From Oscillospiraceae bacterium (GTDB lineage Bacteria; Bacillota; Clostridia; Oscillospirales; Oscillospiraceae): DNA of 64,000 nt. Below the pieces are notes generated by a model. The model did not search any database and was not told where the DNA came from. It worked only from the letters and a program-made list of their open reading frames with translations. The stretch lies in the NCBI GenBank assembly GCA_045640125.1, contig JAZUEL010000040.1:4305-68304 (forward strand), in the 5' to 3' direction. A program made the translations under genes and the position numbers. Of this stretch, positions 43,001 to 47,020 are shown one piece after another. Numbering within the stretch: position 1 is the stretch's first letter; each line of letters starts with the position of its first letter.

Positions 43001-45836
43001 CGACGGTCAGCTCGGCAGCCTTACGAATTTCTTTGAAATTCAGGCGAACGGCGGCAAGGGCGTGGACATCACGGCAGATTCCCTGTATATCGACGTGCTT
43101 GGGTCAGACGGCGTTCCGACGCTCGGACAGATCACGGCGACCGAGGGCGACGCGGCGATCAAAGTCTCCGGCGGAAAGCTCGAGCTTTCCAAAGACCTCG
43201 AGAACGCGATCAGTGCCGCCGGGAAGATCCTATTCGTTCTGGACGGAGCGGAGGATAAGGAATTGACCGGCTCGGTTGACGGAGCGGCGGAGCTCTATAT
43301 CATCGGTGATAACACGGATGTGACCGTCGACCTGCGATGCACGGAAGGCAGCGAGCTCACCGTGCATACGCTGGGTCATGTTTACGGCAAGATTTCGGCG
43401 GATGCGCTTAACATCCGTGTTCCGGAGGGCTTCATCGGCTCCGAAGACTCACCGCTCCTGATCCAAAGCGCTCAACTCGGTCGGGATCGGCGCATTGATG
43501 CCGAGGCCAGAGCAATTTATATGGATCTCTCCACCGGTACCATGTACGGCGAAGACGATCGTGACTTCATTATCGGCCCGATCACGGCCACGGACGGCGA
43601 TGTTCTGCTTGAAAGCATCGACGGCGGCTTCACTGCTTACGATGAGAATTCGCTGGTCTCCGGCAACAACGTGACGCTGCGTCCGACAAAATACCTCTAT
43701 AAGATCGGCGATAAGGATCATCCGATCCGCGTGCAGACGGACGAGGACGGCAAACTGATTCTTGGCTGCGGAACGGCTGAACATCTTGGCGGCTTTAACA
43801 ACGCCTTTATCGAGCTGTACGGCGGCTCGGCTGTTGAGGTTGAAGAAAAATGTTCATTCGAGCCGAAGAGCTCTGATCCGACTCGCGGCTACATCCGCTT
43901 TGCGGACGGTCAGAGTCGGGCATCGATCACCGTGGGAGAGAACGGCCTGTTCAATCTGGATGTCGAAGGACCTCGTGTTCTTGATATCAGCGGAGCCGGC
44001 AGCGTTAATACCTCTGTTACGGGGCAGGATTCCTACATCATCAACATCGACACAAACGACAGCCGGACGGTCGATCTGCAAACAGACGGCGCGGTCAACA
44101 TCGTAGCCGAGGGTGATAATCCGCTCCTCGGCAGCCTGAAGACGAACGCGCAGGACGGCAGAGTGGTGATCTATTCGGAGAACGGTCTCGGCAGAAGCGC
44201 CTCGTCGCCGTATGCGATCGACACCTCCCTGCCGGTTGATATCCAGTCCGGCGGTGATGTCAACCTCTCCTCCGAGAAGAACAGTCTTGTGATCGGCAAG
44301 ATCGACGCGGACGGCTATTCCGTGATGATCCGCGGCAGTGAAAGCGTGACCGATGTTCTTCCGGAGAATTCGAACAGTCTGATTAAGGCATCGACTGTCA
44401 TCATCCGCACGGTGCGGAGCATCGGCAGAAGCGAAGCGAATCCTCTGAATGTCTACGCGGACGCGCTTTCCGCGACTGCCAAAGGCAATGTCTGGGTCAA
44501 CAATCTTAAGTCACCCAATGAGCGCAAGGGCGGCAATCAGCTATATCCGCACAGCGGTGACAGACAGAAAGCACCGGCAAACAAGACGAACAGCACCTAC
44601 GGCGACTTGTCGAAACGTCTGAACGGCGTGCCGATCTCCCGCGATTCGCTCGGAACGCTGTTGACCTACGAAGGAAAAACCCCGCTGCTGGACAGCGGAG
44701 AGCTTCCGACGATCGCCGCGCTGGCATCGTATCTGTGGCTATTATGTGATGAAGGAGAAAGGATAGAAGCGGTGAAAAGAGGAAAGATCATCAAGGTTAT
44801 TGCCACCGTTCTTTCGGCGGCGGCGATCGTTCAGTACTCCACGGACGGCATCGTGGCGGCCAGAGTGCATGAGCAGACGGTGTCGTCGGGGGCCGAGACA
44901 GAAGAGTCCGCGGTTCAAAGCGTCGGGCTGCCTAAATCCGGCCCGATGACGCAAAAGAGCGATCTTCAAAAGACACTGGAAGCCCTTTCCGCAGCAGAAG
45001 GCGAGATGGTTGAAATTCCGCGGGATTCGCTCGAGGCGGCTCTGGCGGAGCTTCAAAGAAGCCAGATGAATTATCCGTCGGAATCGGAGGAATACCGCGA
45101 ATGCCTCGATTATATCGGCTACATCCAGCTCCTGCTGGATGAGATCGATGCCTCCAAGGCAAGCTTTGAAGAAGCGATCGCGTTGGATGATACCAACGAA
45201 TTTGCCTATTTGATTCTCGGCGAGATATCGCTTTACGAGTTGGATCCGGTCAACGCGATAAAATATCTCGACCGCTATATCGCGCTCGATCCGGAGGATG
45301 TCTCCCGTCGGGAGACATCCGCAAAGCTGTTCTACAGCCACGGTTATTATGAACTGGCGGTGGAATACGGTGAGGCGGCGGAGCAGGCAGGCGGCGGGAA
45401 AAACTTTGATCTCCAGAGCTGCATGGGTCTTTCATGGATCATGCTTGACGATTTTGAGCAGGCAAAGGTGCATCTTTCCGCGTCGATCGACTACGGTGAA
45501 TCCGACCGACTGAACGCCGATGACCCGACAAAGGCTCAGATTTATGCGATCGGGTCGCTGGCGGAAAGCTACTATTACCGCGGTCTTTGTTATTTGACGG
45601 AAGAAGATTATGAAAACGCCGCGAGAGACTATTCCGAAGCGCTGAACGACGGCTATAAAGACTCGCTGGTCTATTTTGACCGCGGTGTATGCTATGTCGA
45701 GCTCGGACGTATGGACGAGGCGAAAGCCGATTTTGAAATGATCGTGGAACGCGGCGATGACCCTGATTTCGTCGATATCGCAAAAGAGTTGATCGAGGAG
45801 ATCAATATTAAAGGTACAGTGGATATCAGCTATTAG
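21984..45836 (+). CDS. Giant (7,950-aa) secreted/surface repeat protein; multi-region beta-solenoid/adhesin-like architecture with a C-terminal TPR domain
   Basis: One uninterrupted frame of 23,853 nt. The ATG at 21984 has an AAAGGGG RBS 6 nt upstream and begins a classic signal peptide (the TTG at 21870 in the ORF track is less likely). Host-like G+C, AT-rich 380-nt upstream region, strong terminator at 45843-45890. Domain-level evidence is given in the findings. Confidence 0.9.
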   Translation: MRLRRGLFFILVMVAALVLLSISAFAEEYEQTAAELLTETVEPTEPELLTAAEAQSAEALSASDPTEAGSDADVSNPLAPKEGSAQIVEYVEEDSPDENHVDELIDDIQDTEPQATDTTVNDVPSVTHIVNRDVATEDVVDEYYTLTETGQIVEINTDAYPLPKDVTSTEERPFNNIQTTLEVYNSENAIQKAVDRALQNISAESRSVTISVAPGEYDGGLTVRKDTAASGVNWDSFTLYIVADDAYTPAAEDGAVYDKSSIHAGGAGNAHLNGDIKIDGVNVFFAGLLFSMQNPMIVTDADVTIKGTAQSDSVAVDASGSKNLVIDTGSGNDKINVSSSGGGGGDGKGRIELYGGAGDDSFGIDISAADYSADATVSGGAGRDTLELTGALMPDGAGSTVSKNAGALPVLILQNAAAHTINIHSDTELFTDSLENKKTAELGAADVRDGVITLPAEGSVFVDYVIDLKNAAFMDGDKVMAVSSANSDCFLAGLILNGDGKAFTLGNITAPGMNVRILGREITLDNGAVVKVGNLTILASDNDGLIEYEELGDFNIGGIVDGARIEFLEGSQVEADGSVILQAATDQTHVLIPFSKRLNPIVVKIGNASVILRGQIIAAGNIEATTKQTVTVDASNGLLAGAYVPVSVNVALSDSIVELKNGARLEAGGSVELSALSDITVTAHGITGKLSFILAVSVVSADTHVDVAGDIQAGGSVILTADSKINDDTNAANRSDAKITIAVDEDGNPIGDAAQTIPSQYGIYVAIAVVDADTYARIGGNANVEAGEDVLITSNSTVINNSTARSADAKIAGAEAAGTETINNAADLFLTALDLVYGRFGMSEYDERLKQAENQVIATTGYKVNAESNAGGTVSTVSRAKEGDCVDITIIPEEGYTLGSITMKYLAGDKWIDEVKVDPQDTEGGIYYAFLMPAANVTLSAVFVEAEGDEDPIVNRESGESSVSAFDALNAANEEYFRTVEYGSAYTIEGSGSAEEHGFISANTKTADSGQMIRFIIEPAEGYVLKEGSIVVSFKDTDGIWHHDTVNRSSTGIYAYELPDDIDPGETLSVKAEFRKADKKAEAAKADQQIGALAIGVTVNDNEAVIDTTGKVKAGGNLELLAFAETQSAVYADGTPIKSTVEEKTEDSSVSSAKKPDSATHNAAQTVDAVEYFNNKNYEYTVKIEATAAGLLSHAENKTLTFIATPDEGYAVKAIQLVLWDNKGKSHSFDLELLKGTEDTYVLSADDRATVDFDAIQNFMRVTALFEGVEHSLTASGKLPQGINLPKNARTGDVVTIGTSGADKAKTYSLTVLDKDGKALSVPVTREGTKLIFTMPDADIRLALTEGVKQIDVEVDKAASGYVAVFNKAEKGERVELTFTDKLLDSDKSYTVTVIAGDREITLDRDHSFIVPADLADGEKITVSVAFGASKSIGVTIHDSENGTVRAPAKVNGGEKVELRVTPAAGYKLADGILVSFIGNDDSESGRRIMADAAGKYFVEIPLDNVKSIELSAAFEQTQGKQNPEKTFGFGAAISVNVFTSKNNAVIKRGSVEANGLKITANSGTEGVRIASSTISEAGYAQGDFGIAGAVAVAVNKIKTNAAVEPGAVLTLGNGPLDVTSAAYVMDTEKAEAFEPSGGMISAKSSTGVGAGIAVDVTNISTTAVIKDGVVIQQLKDSQLSESTITANTTLTETIAAKAGAEGGRSATPALIVAASGVKSLAELGSGSALSVAGDVKISASSGMFRKLLSSADTRGDSCCVGAAMLISVLNDSAQSHLKRGVQCRDLTVKASSRAMNMSGLTASGKGNERSSKDKPSGASSGDKKDADSDADADSDADSHLARLSLLSSGFGEGNMNASVLASLSSGRQKAQTTEGTLGIAAAFALNIEHNKAEAVIADGLVLVCTGDVVVNSRIRTDVYLTANASVVNSGIGVGAAAALNIVSYTNRAYVGASKISARSLDITAVTGDSAYSADVKKISKQEMDNVLAQYVQTAFESVFTSVLKTAGVSQSVIDSLNDILAPIIGHMSEAFLDTLLKGTGLEGLLAADISAKIDQCLADAGETLEESAKKYLSDFIINAVLGYISRSFKNPDGTPVVVTYKPDTSEYLTEGLRYVGVGIANDLLNHIVDANKFANFIKNCNADEIKTRLWEAFEKAGVVVTTKLTDALLGALGVEAEVEDPANRSVIQTQAISGAGAANVGVAGVIAIAIVNGHSEAVLADAAKSALADTSVKLDELLRLFASDNIRLITAASAAADAYGNADANPSARAEADDQSNADAKAEEPEAKAALFSNTSESSVGVGASFALSVLNNEVRARIGKDRKITAGAIGVDAQEKHKVTTTSASGTDPFKNKPIEGADLSDYGLDAAVTVQVVNITVDAVADTGCVIETTGGNDFVISEFTDAEGHTEVVESANLYIHASETGYTEAIASSMADGNDASVGATVAVNVVNTDVTAAFSGTATLPSNVDAQIVSEGSNEDMSYAKATAMGADLSRYFQKFGTATGKAGSIITDIEQGNYDSFRKEAAEQEQKNAKNKTSYRVIGYLTGHKSAEGSDASAGLPLSENVLGLLDAKSDQASEDALAEGLEEAFEAAEAANSASNTSPTKYEVAASVGVNVTDHNIKTKIIGSITAGDILAAAMNDSDFRNRASSAAASLSRSSNAVSAGVAVTVTNNDALVEIDGKLDAKKAPDAKASENARDSIRILSSLSQNTDKAYIGSLASQAISGSVSSGGKATVAAALAIVTSNAKSAIRVADGSHITAIGSVGIEALDRSKLAARAGSISASKGSSVGMGASFALVYNNNAVETVLGTKNAKGELISSGIVLSGSEVTVAAIRKAVSDKDFRVDLGLDYLVTKSAQEESNRGIVDFSQDTITRKYTVTVNINTDKLIDLVDLLNFLTCNNSYAEAIGGNISAAGGDSKAALAGSVAMIFNRSAARVLMGQGITITSDGLVDIKAEDRSTARIMAGAANVAPSSVGVGFTLTALDNQGIVETILGDGAVITAGAYSQKALNETDFLVLAIAASVDTSASAAFSGGAVIDVVNMQNKVRSTVGNNVTLKALNGDIAIDAYNDNYLVLIAAATPGINGKIAAGGTINVVVSNMGTKAATGDNTSLTASGNISVTAYTSDRLADVLAAVSPAFKADKSVAGTLGVTVVRGDTDARIGKNNTLTADKDILVSAQSEAWLMTLDTAVAVGSRDAVGASVLVHVLKRTADAVVDTGSTLTATHGSVSITAPAVDWELFVTLTAGAAGTNGMEGSVPVTVNNSRIHASLLDRSTVTAGDSVGVTAGLDSNIYMAAGGFTLVWGGGNAVGGTVATSVLNNTVSAYIGNDVTVKALCVPTGDGGVKLPNKKDKRSGIVLYAGGSDDVVIVGVAGGGGVSKTGASAVVNTLVISNTFTAKSKASASLTAEASENGDESSNDGEGHPRGSVYAEACEDSDIVDISDGISLGGKSFGGVVSTLVVNKSLEAILAGSVKADGDIVVHAQAEDDITFMSMSLAGGSNGVAGDINTVVVNSDVIAALDADVTKAADISVTAVSDEDLITIGIGAGAGSKSGGSAVVIIPVFNGTTKAYIDDDHSLKNISGSVLVSADSSEDITADVFGAFGSSSLAAAGAVEVAVAKQTTEAYIGNRVTLNADGDVSVIAKNEAELFAIVAQAAGSGSTAVGAAVTVLVDLTTTTAQIGSSGDHDCGTSVTAGNVNVHAASERDVDAVTGTLGAAGTTGVGASVAVIVAGSKMSQNAHDMIYSGSVRPEDCLDKSLRSSKYLQDLGIENDLALLLEGDNQYPERAVYSDFGKDVKYPESAADGKDNIEDYKRAENLPSDDDLDADITISSASFGKEYKNTVSASIAAGAVVHAVDKSKGNISVVASDLMSADIVTGALGAGGKAGVGVGLSVVVTASEVNAVVRDGAELSAEGDIEIRALSGVSDKDISEGRKIADDRLDKNATIDEIKKTDGSITISDEENKLRLIGFAGAGGYVGVGVNGGLLFAYNQVNALLSGDVTKANNIHIESQLDYGEVLTVSAGLAAGVVGADVSISVIYFSGKTESAIAGDAKIQNVTGVISIVSTGDNRIQSASGNLAAGGVAANASLALGINKNKIYTFIGEGVSFENCKDITLSTNYCTDTRVYNINAAFGAIPAGVAVDIAINEIKAYTFIGSASYAPEEAFSKTAGDIHVSGTVSVLSDICGDVYVLGVPAAAGAVGGNAIVALGFNDMTGHADIANKSITAKDLVIRAVLCGDVDVTVVGVSVEAIGGGIDIAVGKNRSENQAMLDLSKNHMDITGSFKVYAGESSDKPSSSDVTVKLYAANGALIDGAFNFAVALNKAVNNALVKGTNTSASLHTSSDGEVRAFGEAYAYSYVIAGGLGLVGVQPTLAYAKLNSTQNASIDTLAALTIGGHLYVTSEQNKQVSGGKWEITAYHPDKDAVTKSGTKQSTAEAVLYNANLTAANVTTGIAIALADATGNACVSAGSLDVTGDILVAGLGNSSAKAFTESLSVDIVSVGVTVAHAYADGDFDATITSAGMISSGGDIRVENRYNATSVSELAPALGGVDIEGASVKVNVAYAGVETDANAGLKSTTGGVISAAEDIHVLNAGSAYADARVKSVKFKLSLANVTTNTAVAKLDPTAAAFIDGAVVNAENVNVSSFFNVKDEEYKTDPTAAEHTGAYAETALPLANINVAQVKVNVAYAKSDADVSSYVKTNAADIAGDLDVITCAASYAKATVGKSAGDVSAISIPVIVVDSNADGSYKAYIEANGSGKETIKAGDTRVLASHNTDSEAYIVPAGGKGEAVDITGATVEVNRGTAYTEADISAYLAGKGNISLNSLNVKADGSAKANVSNLDDMGVSLSLVKVKGTEVVADLNLTQSAYFAFDGTADIAHDLNVISTLNGTAKTIAGNTKGVDFSLVEGSGYGAYTNSEADNSAYLKGKGTVTVHGNAAVKALGGTYSSSEVKKSVSAAIAKIQAVLAKTTVTDSFEAYVSGLTLNTDGSFTLYSEIVSEAYADSVAQLSLSVLSGDGGTCQIYVGDSGKKRQSSMAYLADKAVVTAKGDISVKAANTVTVKSTMRSGWDVSFVGVQANTVPTSVYMKTSAGVGDECKLISTAGKINIETAEKATATAIVDGDCVGIIVSADCKYGHNTVDQLNSIFIGKKAVVSGCKGVFIATGSDAVMTAKTSADFGGLFAGGTLQARNTLNRKVSIDISDGATISSELGTISIQAFAGDNDDIYARASGKSAGFLSIDNDMEVTNTYNSGTEINIGGGVTITASAEDVFIYAWTSAGKVRGEVSVPSGGVVAIAEGTGDFRTGTNDNYSLYARVNIAKDKDTTNISGRDITIAARLHKLYLYQDIEVYAKGLGGDAESYARAYFGIDLDTYIGNVTLRAFRNVYIYSSGTPDVSGENIHLRAYAEVAGLGGDVDSYAQFKSNGSGAHINATVSGKAVIYAGTARIEAFTLSLTKYLSAYTKLKAIGDADDHYTDDFNNVKATTYIEDGAAFRLGDSAGGRRLVFTEENGNVVMEASGKGAVKYTVDKTAKTITIPEVTNSSQGSLYISKNQNPNGLKNCKVGGVANVSYLDIVNKTSYDLIFSEIALGSRLIGKTAVVFTDCVSTEYTIVDESEPGKGCQIIISSEQPTDVIFNGLVNNEQGEITIRWTGEKGGNLYSKTGGIFLGSSGINAAPVWAHRFTVSGAANIGTEQNPFWLYLNEKADKEAPVLNIAADGDIFLRSSLAKIVSYLGSVPTPDGKEVLGDLSIDNATAGKTLDIRLDNAVCINYLATIKTFSIIMPGTISLTNELFFDDAKTTTTDLDGLFYYRTSDLSNESYDAYQLPNGMQLYVSKTDGKVKRIISTQGRIFDIDQYRIEGDVIYFAALGYYFNFKEGTLYFDDHTYYGLLSIEVEQTADGQYKAVNMDGTITSEQVFEAFDSKFERIDTDKIESFEFLNMPHTTFKLICETVEGGKTVQYCLGTDSENNSSHIYRLVLGNEPEVSFLLPQILTINYTDINPTSDNSDRKIKLYAYTNDPNNPLFYVVESTAYYYTDSRTPDYRFRVTGSLEAAVDGDYTSVQKYVVDDSIGVDMPTIYTGLDRYSTLVFDNIPLKLGEASETNKVIISFINPVRESDGRAYYEIVDGIRVSTDGYIVDSSYDNIFSSYNDVEAYEVRYDAAKGNVTVTEKASAHSFGVDYIYNNGDAKVTVKGMQRLRFLNGSVAVDMEGNYYRLNDDGKWDAVKPVTEDGFEIIRSKDNKKILIAFGTDQYGDEITAEVFYDLQDNESEAVTVSRDSDVRWYEKKNGQWSLVPQKADFKSADITAGGYKLIHLEGGNVKLTLNDAKNGLKGSELSDTNIRATGENGCAGNIVITTMAAKYLGTEDAPLALDMAGELKFGTVGMEDAFNAPIWITSDGNLKITQLSTDQIIHIGGQGNICIDKPKTPTGELVDLNVDFFRGSGAISLYNEGDIRVTISSDEYMTADRIVSSKGTVTVDAGDGGMTGMAHEGAFLANVFAAKNVILKGHMLGTEDKPLFIDSFDGRLLADMDADYVYIVVDTDHLGTPVKDGEEDHSGFLDIKVGKVFSVRSLADRFDVRLKTDVTKQNKIIVGNDGIITGEFYVYDIFESGISRYEQPELTIRAKSAGTEDDPFIIHMGNIEGITNESMLVLGLDCETAFLRDVTNYTAMDADRVWNTRIETDALDSLVLWYDYPVSECSRTLAVNTASEKSTDHITHIRSNDSEPFFVNYVNAKPYSYTYIGDEDTVTVHGTSSMRGLTVDDAAVKDVRVVNAGGTRNAPVVLDIGRAVFSYRGGEPNESAPHFKSVGDTLYIDSIKTKYGLTLEARNILAAEGREGRISTGGAEIVASVIGSKDAPIKLTGDLTASSIDPNNGDVEIHLVCESGEDAASKAISIRNTTGSFSGDIYNDTTNSLDLSVQSNHLGTKDEEFFLDQTYVHPAVNIYHTGVADVVNYNLHVGGMTSIHSHANGEIYGRLTIDEITGINNPVFTADGQLGSLTNFFEIQANGGKGVDITADSLYIDVLGSDGVPTLGQITATEGDAAIKVSGGKLELSKDLENAISAAGKILFVLDGAEDKELTGSVDGAAELYIIGDNTDVTVDLRCTEGSELTVHTLGHVYGKISADALNIRVPEGFIGSEDSPLLIQSAQLGRDRRIDAEARAIYMDLSTGTMYGEDDRDFIIGPITATDGDVLLESIDGGFTAYDENSLVSGNNVTLRPTKYLYKIGDKDHPIRVQTDEDGKLILGCGTAEHLGGFNNAFIELYGGSAVEVEEKCSFEPKSSDPTRGYIRFADGQSRASITVGENGLFNLDVEGPRVLDISGAGSVNTSVTGQDSYIINIDTNDSRTVDLQTDGAVNIVAEGDNPLLGSLKTNAQDGRVVIYSENGLGRSASSPYAIDTSLPVDIQSGGDVNLSSEKNSLVIGKIDADGYSVMIRGSESVTDVLPENSNSLIKASTVIIRTVRSIGRSEANPLNVYADALSATAKGNVWVNNLKSPNERKGGNQLYPHSGDRQKAPANKTNSTYGDLSKRLNGVPISRDSLGTLLTYEGKTPLLDSGELPTIAALASYLWLLCDEGERIEAVKRGKIIKVIATVLSAAAIVQYSTDGIVAARVHEQTVSSGAETEESAVQSVGLPKSGPMTQKSDLQKTLEALSAAEGEMVEIPRDSLEAALAELQRSQMNYPSESEEYRECLDYIGYIQLLLDEIDASKASFEEAIALDDTNEFAYLILGEISLYELDPVNAIKYLDRYIALDPEDVSRRETSAKLFYSHGYYELAVEYGEAAEQAGGGKNFDLQSCMGLSWIMLDDFEQAKVHLSASIDYGESDRLNADDPTKAQIYAIGSLAESYYYRGLCYLTEEDYENAARDYSEALNDGYKDSLVYFDRGVCYVELGRMDEAKADFEMIVERGDDPDFVDIAKELIEEINIKGTVDISY
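24566..26533 (+). repeat. Six ~80-95-aa beta-sandwich modules (divergent InlB B-repeat-like) within the giant ORF, arranged 2 + 4 around one solenoid-type unit
   Basis: Recurrent pattern Y.V......G.V...........V.(I/F)...P..GY.(L/V).....V........(V/I).(L/V).A.F. Examples: GDCVDITIIPEEGYTLGSI...NVTLSAVF; MIRFIIEPAEGYVLKEGSI...LSVKAEF; LTFIATPDEGYAVKAI...RVTALF; VELRVTPAAGYKLADG...IELSAAF. Confidence 0.6.
26565..38400 (+). repeat. About 12 kb of degenerate protein-level repeats rich in G/A/V/S/T/N/D (solenoid-type units) within the giant ORF
   Basis: Dozens of units of the form (small)-G-(V/I)-G-A-x-(V/I/F)-A-(V/L)-x-(V/I)-x-N-x-x-x-x-A-x-(I/V)-x-x-x-(A/V)-x-(L/I)-x-A-x-G-(D/S)-(V/I)-x-(V/I)-x-A. 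Examples: STGVGAGIAVDVTNISTTAVIKDG; SSVGVGASFALSVLNNEVRARIGKDRKITAGAIGVDA; DASVGATVAVNVVNTDVTAAF; GSTAVGAAVTVLVDLTTTTAQIG. Boundaries are approximate. The repeats are not conserved at the DNA level. Confidence 0.6.
45090..45833 (+). other. C-terminal TPR-like helical repeat domain of the giant protein
   Basis: Several 34-aa TPR-type units, e.g. YYYRGLCYLTEEDYENAARDYSEALNDGYKDSLVYFDRGVCYVELGRMDEAKADFEMIVERGDD and AYLILGEISLYELDPVNAIKYLDRYIALDPED. Confidence 0.65.
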
Positions 45837-45842
45837 CCAACA

Positions 45843-45890
45843 AAAAAGCTCCGTTTGTCCAAAGGACAAACGGAGCTTTTCGTTTCGTAT
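45843..45890. terminator. Bidirectional intrinsic terminator between the giant gene and the convergent 45892-46851 gene
   Basis: 17-bp perfect stem AAAAGCTCCGTTTGTCC / GGACAAACGGAGCTTTT with loop AAA, with T-rich and A-rich flanks. Confidence 0.85.
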
Positions 45891-45891
45891 G

Positions 45892-46851
45892 TTATTGTGC
45901 GTATTGGTCGTAAGCGGCTTGGATCTTTGCGTCGATTTCTGCCAAACGCGCTTCCAGTTCCTCGCGTCGACCCTGTGCTTCATCCAGCGTTTCGATCAGT
46001 TTCACCTGCTGCGTTTTGACGATCAGAGCGGCTTTATCCGGCGAACGGACTTCGCCGATCTGGTCTTGCACATATTTGTTAAAGACACTCATCAGATCCA
46101 GGAGTTCATTGGCCTCAAAGCTTGTGGTGACATCGCCGTAGCCACAGACGACAAAGACGATCTCTCCGTGAAGCAGGGAATCCTTTAGTGTGACATCGGT
46201 ATTCATGCGCCAATCAAAAAAAGTTTTTGCGGACATTTCAAAAAGCGCTGTAGAGAGCTTTTCGTTATCCTCGGAGGGATAGCGAATAAGGTATATGAGA
46301 CCGTTGTTCTCCATGAACGCCTGTTGCTCCGGCGTAATATTTCCATCTACGCTGTAGACCGCGGAGGGGGCGGGATAACCTATCGACAGAGTATAGTCGT
46401 AAATTTCCTGAATATCGGTTTCTGCGTTGATCTTGAGGCACCAGGACCAGCCTTTTCTCATCAGATTCAGAAAATCGGTTTCCGACATATAGCCGTTTTC
46501 CCCCGGAAATTCGGACCAGGAAACGGCGATGATCCCACGATATCCGGCGCTTTCCACAACGGGAATAATCTCGGTCAGCGCGTCTATATAAGGGGCATCA
46601 ATGATAATGTTCATGGCACCGGAAAGATATTCTTCATCGGGTGTTTCGGCATCCAGGAACGTTAGTTCGTCCTCGAGCAAACGCTTTTCATTGCGTAGAG
46701 GTGTAACAATGTCTTGAAGAAGAGCAGAATTTTTCTGCACCAGCGACGCTTCCTCACGCGCCTGCGAACGGAACAGACGGACGGCAAACAGCAGCACGAT
46801 CAGTGCCAGACATGCCAGAGATATTGTAATGATCCGAAATACACGCCCCAT
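45892..46851 (-). CDS. Membrane-anchored hypothetical protein with coiled-coil segments
   Basis: 319 aa. N-terminal TM helix (IITISLACLALIVLLFAV), a central globular region and a C-terminal coiled coil (EELEARLAEIDAKIQAAYDQYAQ). AAGGAG RBS. No family recognised. Confidence 0.6.
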   Translation of the reverse strand: MGRVFRIITISLACLALIVLLFAVRLFRSQAREEASLVQKNSALLQDIVTPLRNEKRLLEDELTFLDAETPDEEYLSGAMNIIIDAPYIDALTEIIPVVESAGYRGIIAVSWSEFPGENGYMSETDFLNLMRKGWSWCLKINAETDIQEIYDYTLSIGYPAPSAVYSVDGNITPEQQAFMENNGLIYLIRYPSEDNEKLSTALFEMSAKTFFDWRMNTDVTLKDSLLHGEIVFVVCGYGDVTTSFEANELLDLMSVFNKYVQDQIGEVRSPDKAALIVKTQQVKLIETLDEAQGRREELEARLAEIDAKIQAAYDQYAQ

Positions 46852-46985
46852 GAGGAATGACTCCTTTTAGATAAACAACAGCTTTTGTTGCACAATAATC
46901 CAGTTTATTTCTTTTTAATTATAAAGCTTTTCATATAAATTGTCAACTTAAACCAATTCACAAACATTTCTGCAAAAAACCTGTG

Positions 46986-47014
46986 TTGACGGATTTAATA
47001 TTGCGTGATACACT
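46986..47014 (+). promoter_or_regulatory. Sigma-A-type promoter of the riboswitch-ECF operon
   Basis: TTGACG (46986-46991), 17-nt spacer, extended -10 TGATACACT (47006-47014). Confidence 0.5.
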
Positions 47015-47020
47015 TTTCAC

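Noticed and set aside
44703-44720. LPTIA as a possible sortase (LPXTG/LPXTA-like) sorting signal in the giant protein
   Set aside because: It is followed by more than 370 additional residues, including a folded TPR domain, rather than a hydrophobic stretch plus a short basic tail at the C-terminus. No sortase gene is nearby.
21990-45341. Many long antisense or alternative-frame ORFs inside the giant gene, e.g. 23694-25796 (700 aa), 25809-27314, 27468-29246, 32820-34844, 37290-39065, 39468-41936 (822 aa), 21990-23255
   Set aside because: Their translations are Arg/Gly/Asp/His-rich low-complexity strings without motifs, starts or RBS. They are the usual shadow ORFs opposite a long high-G+C coding frame. 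The sense frame has coherent repeat and domain structure throughout.
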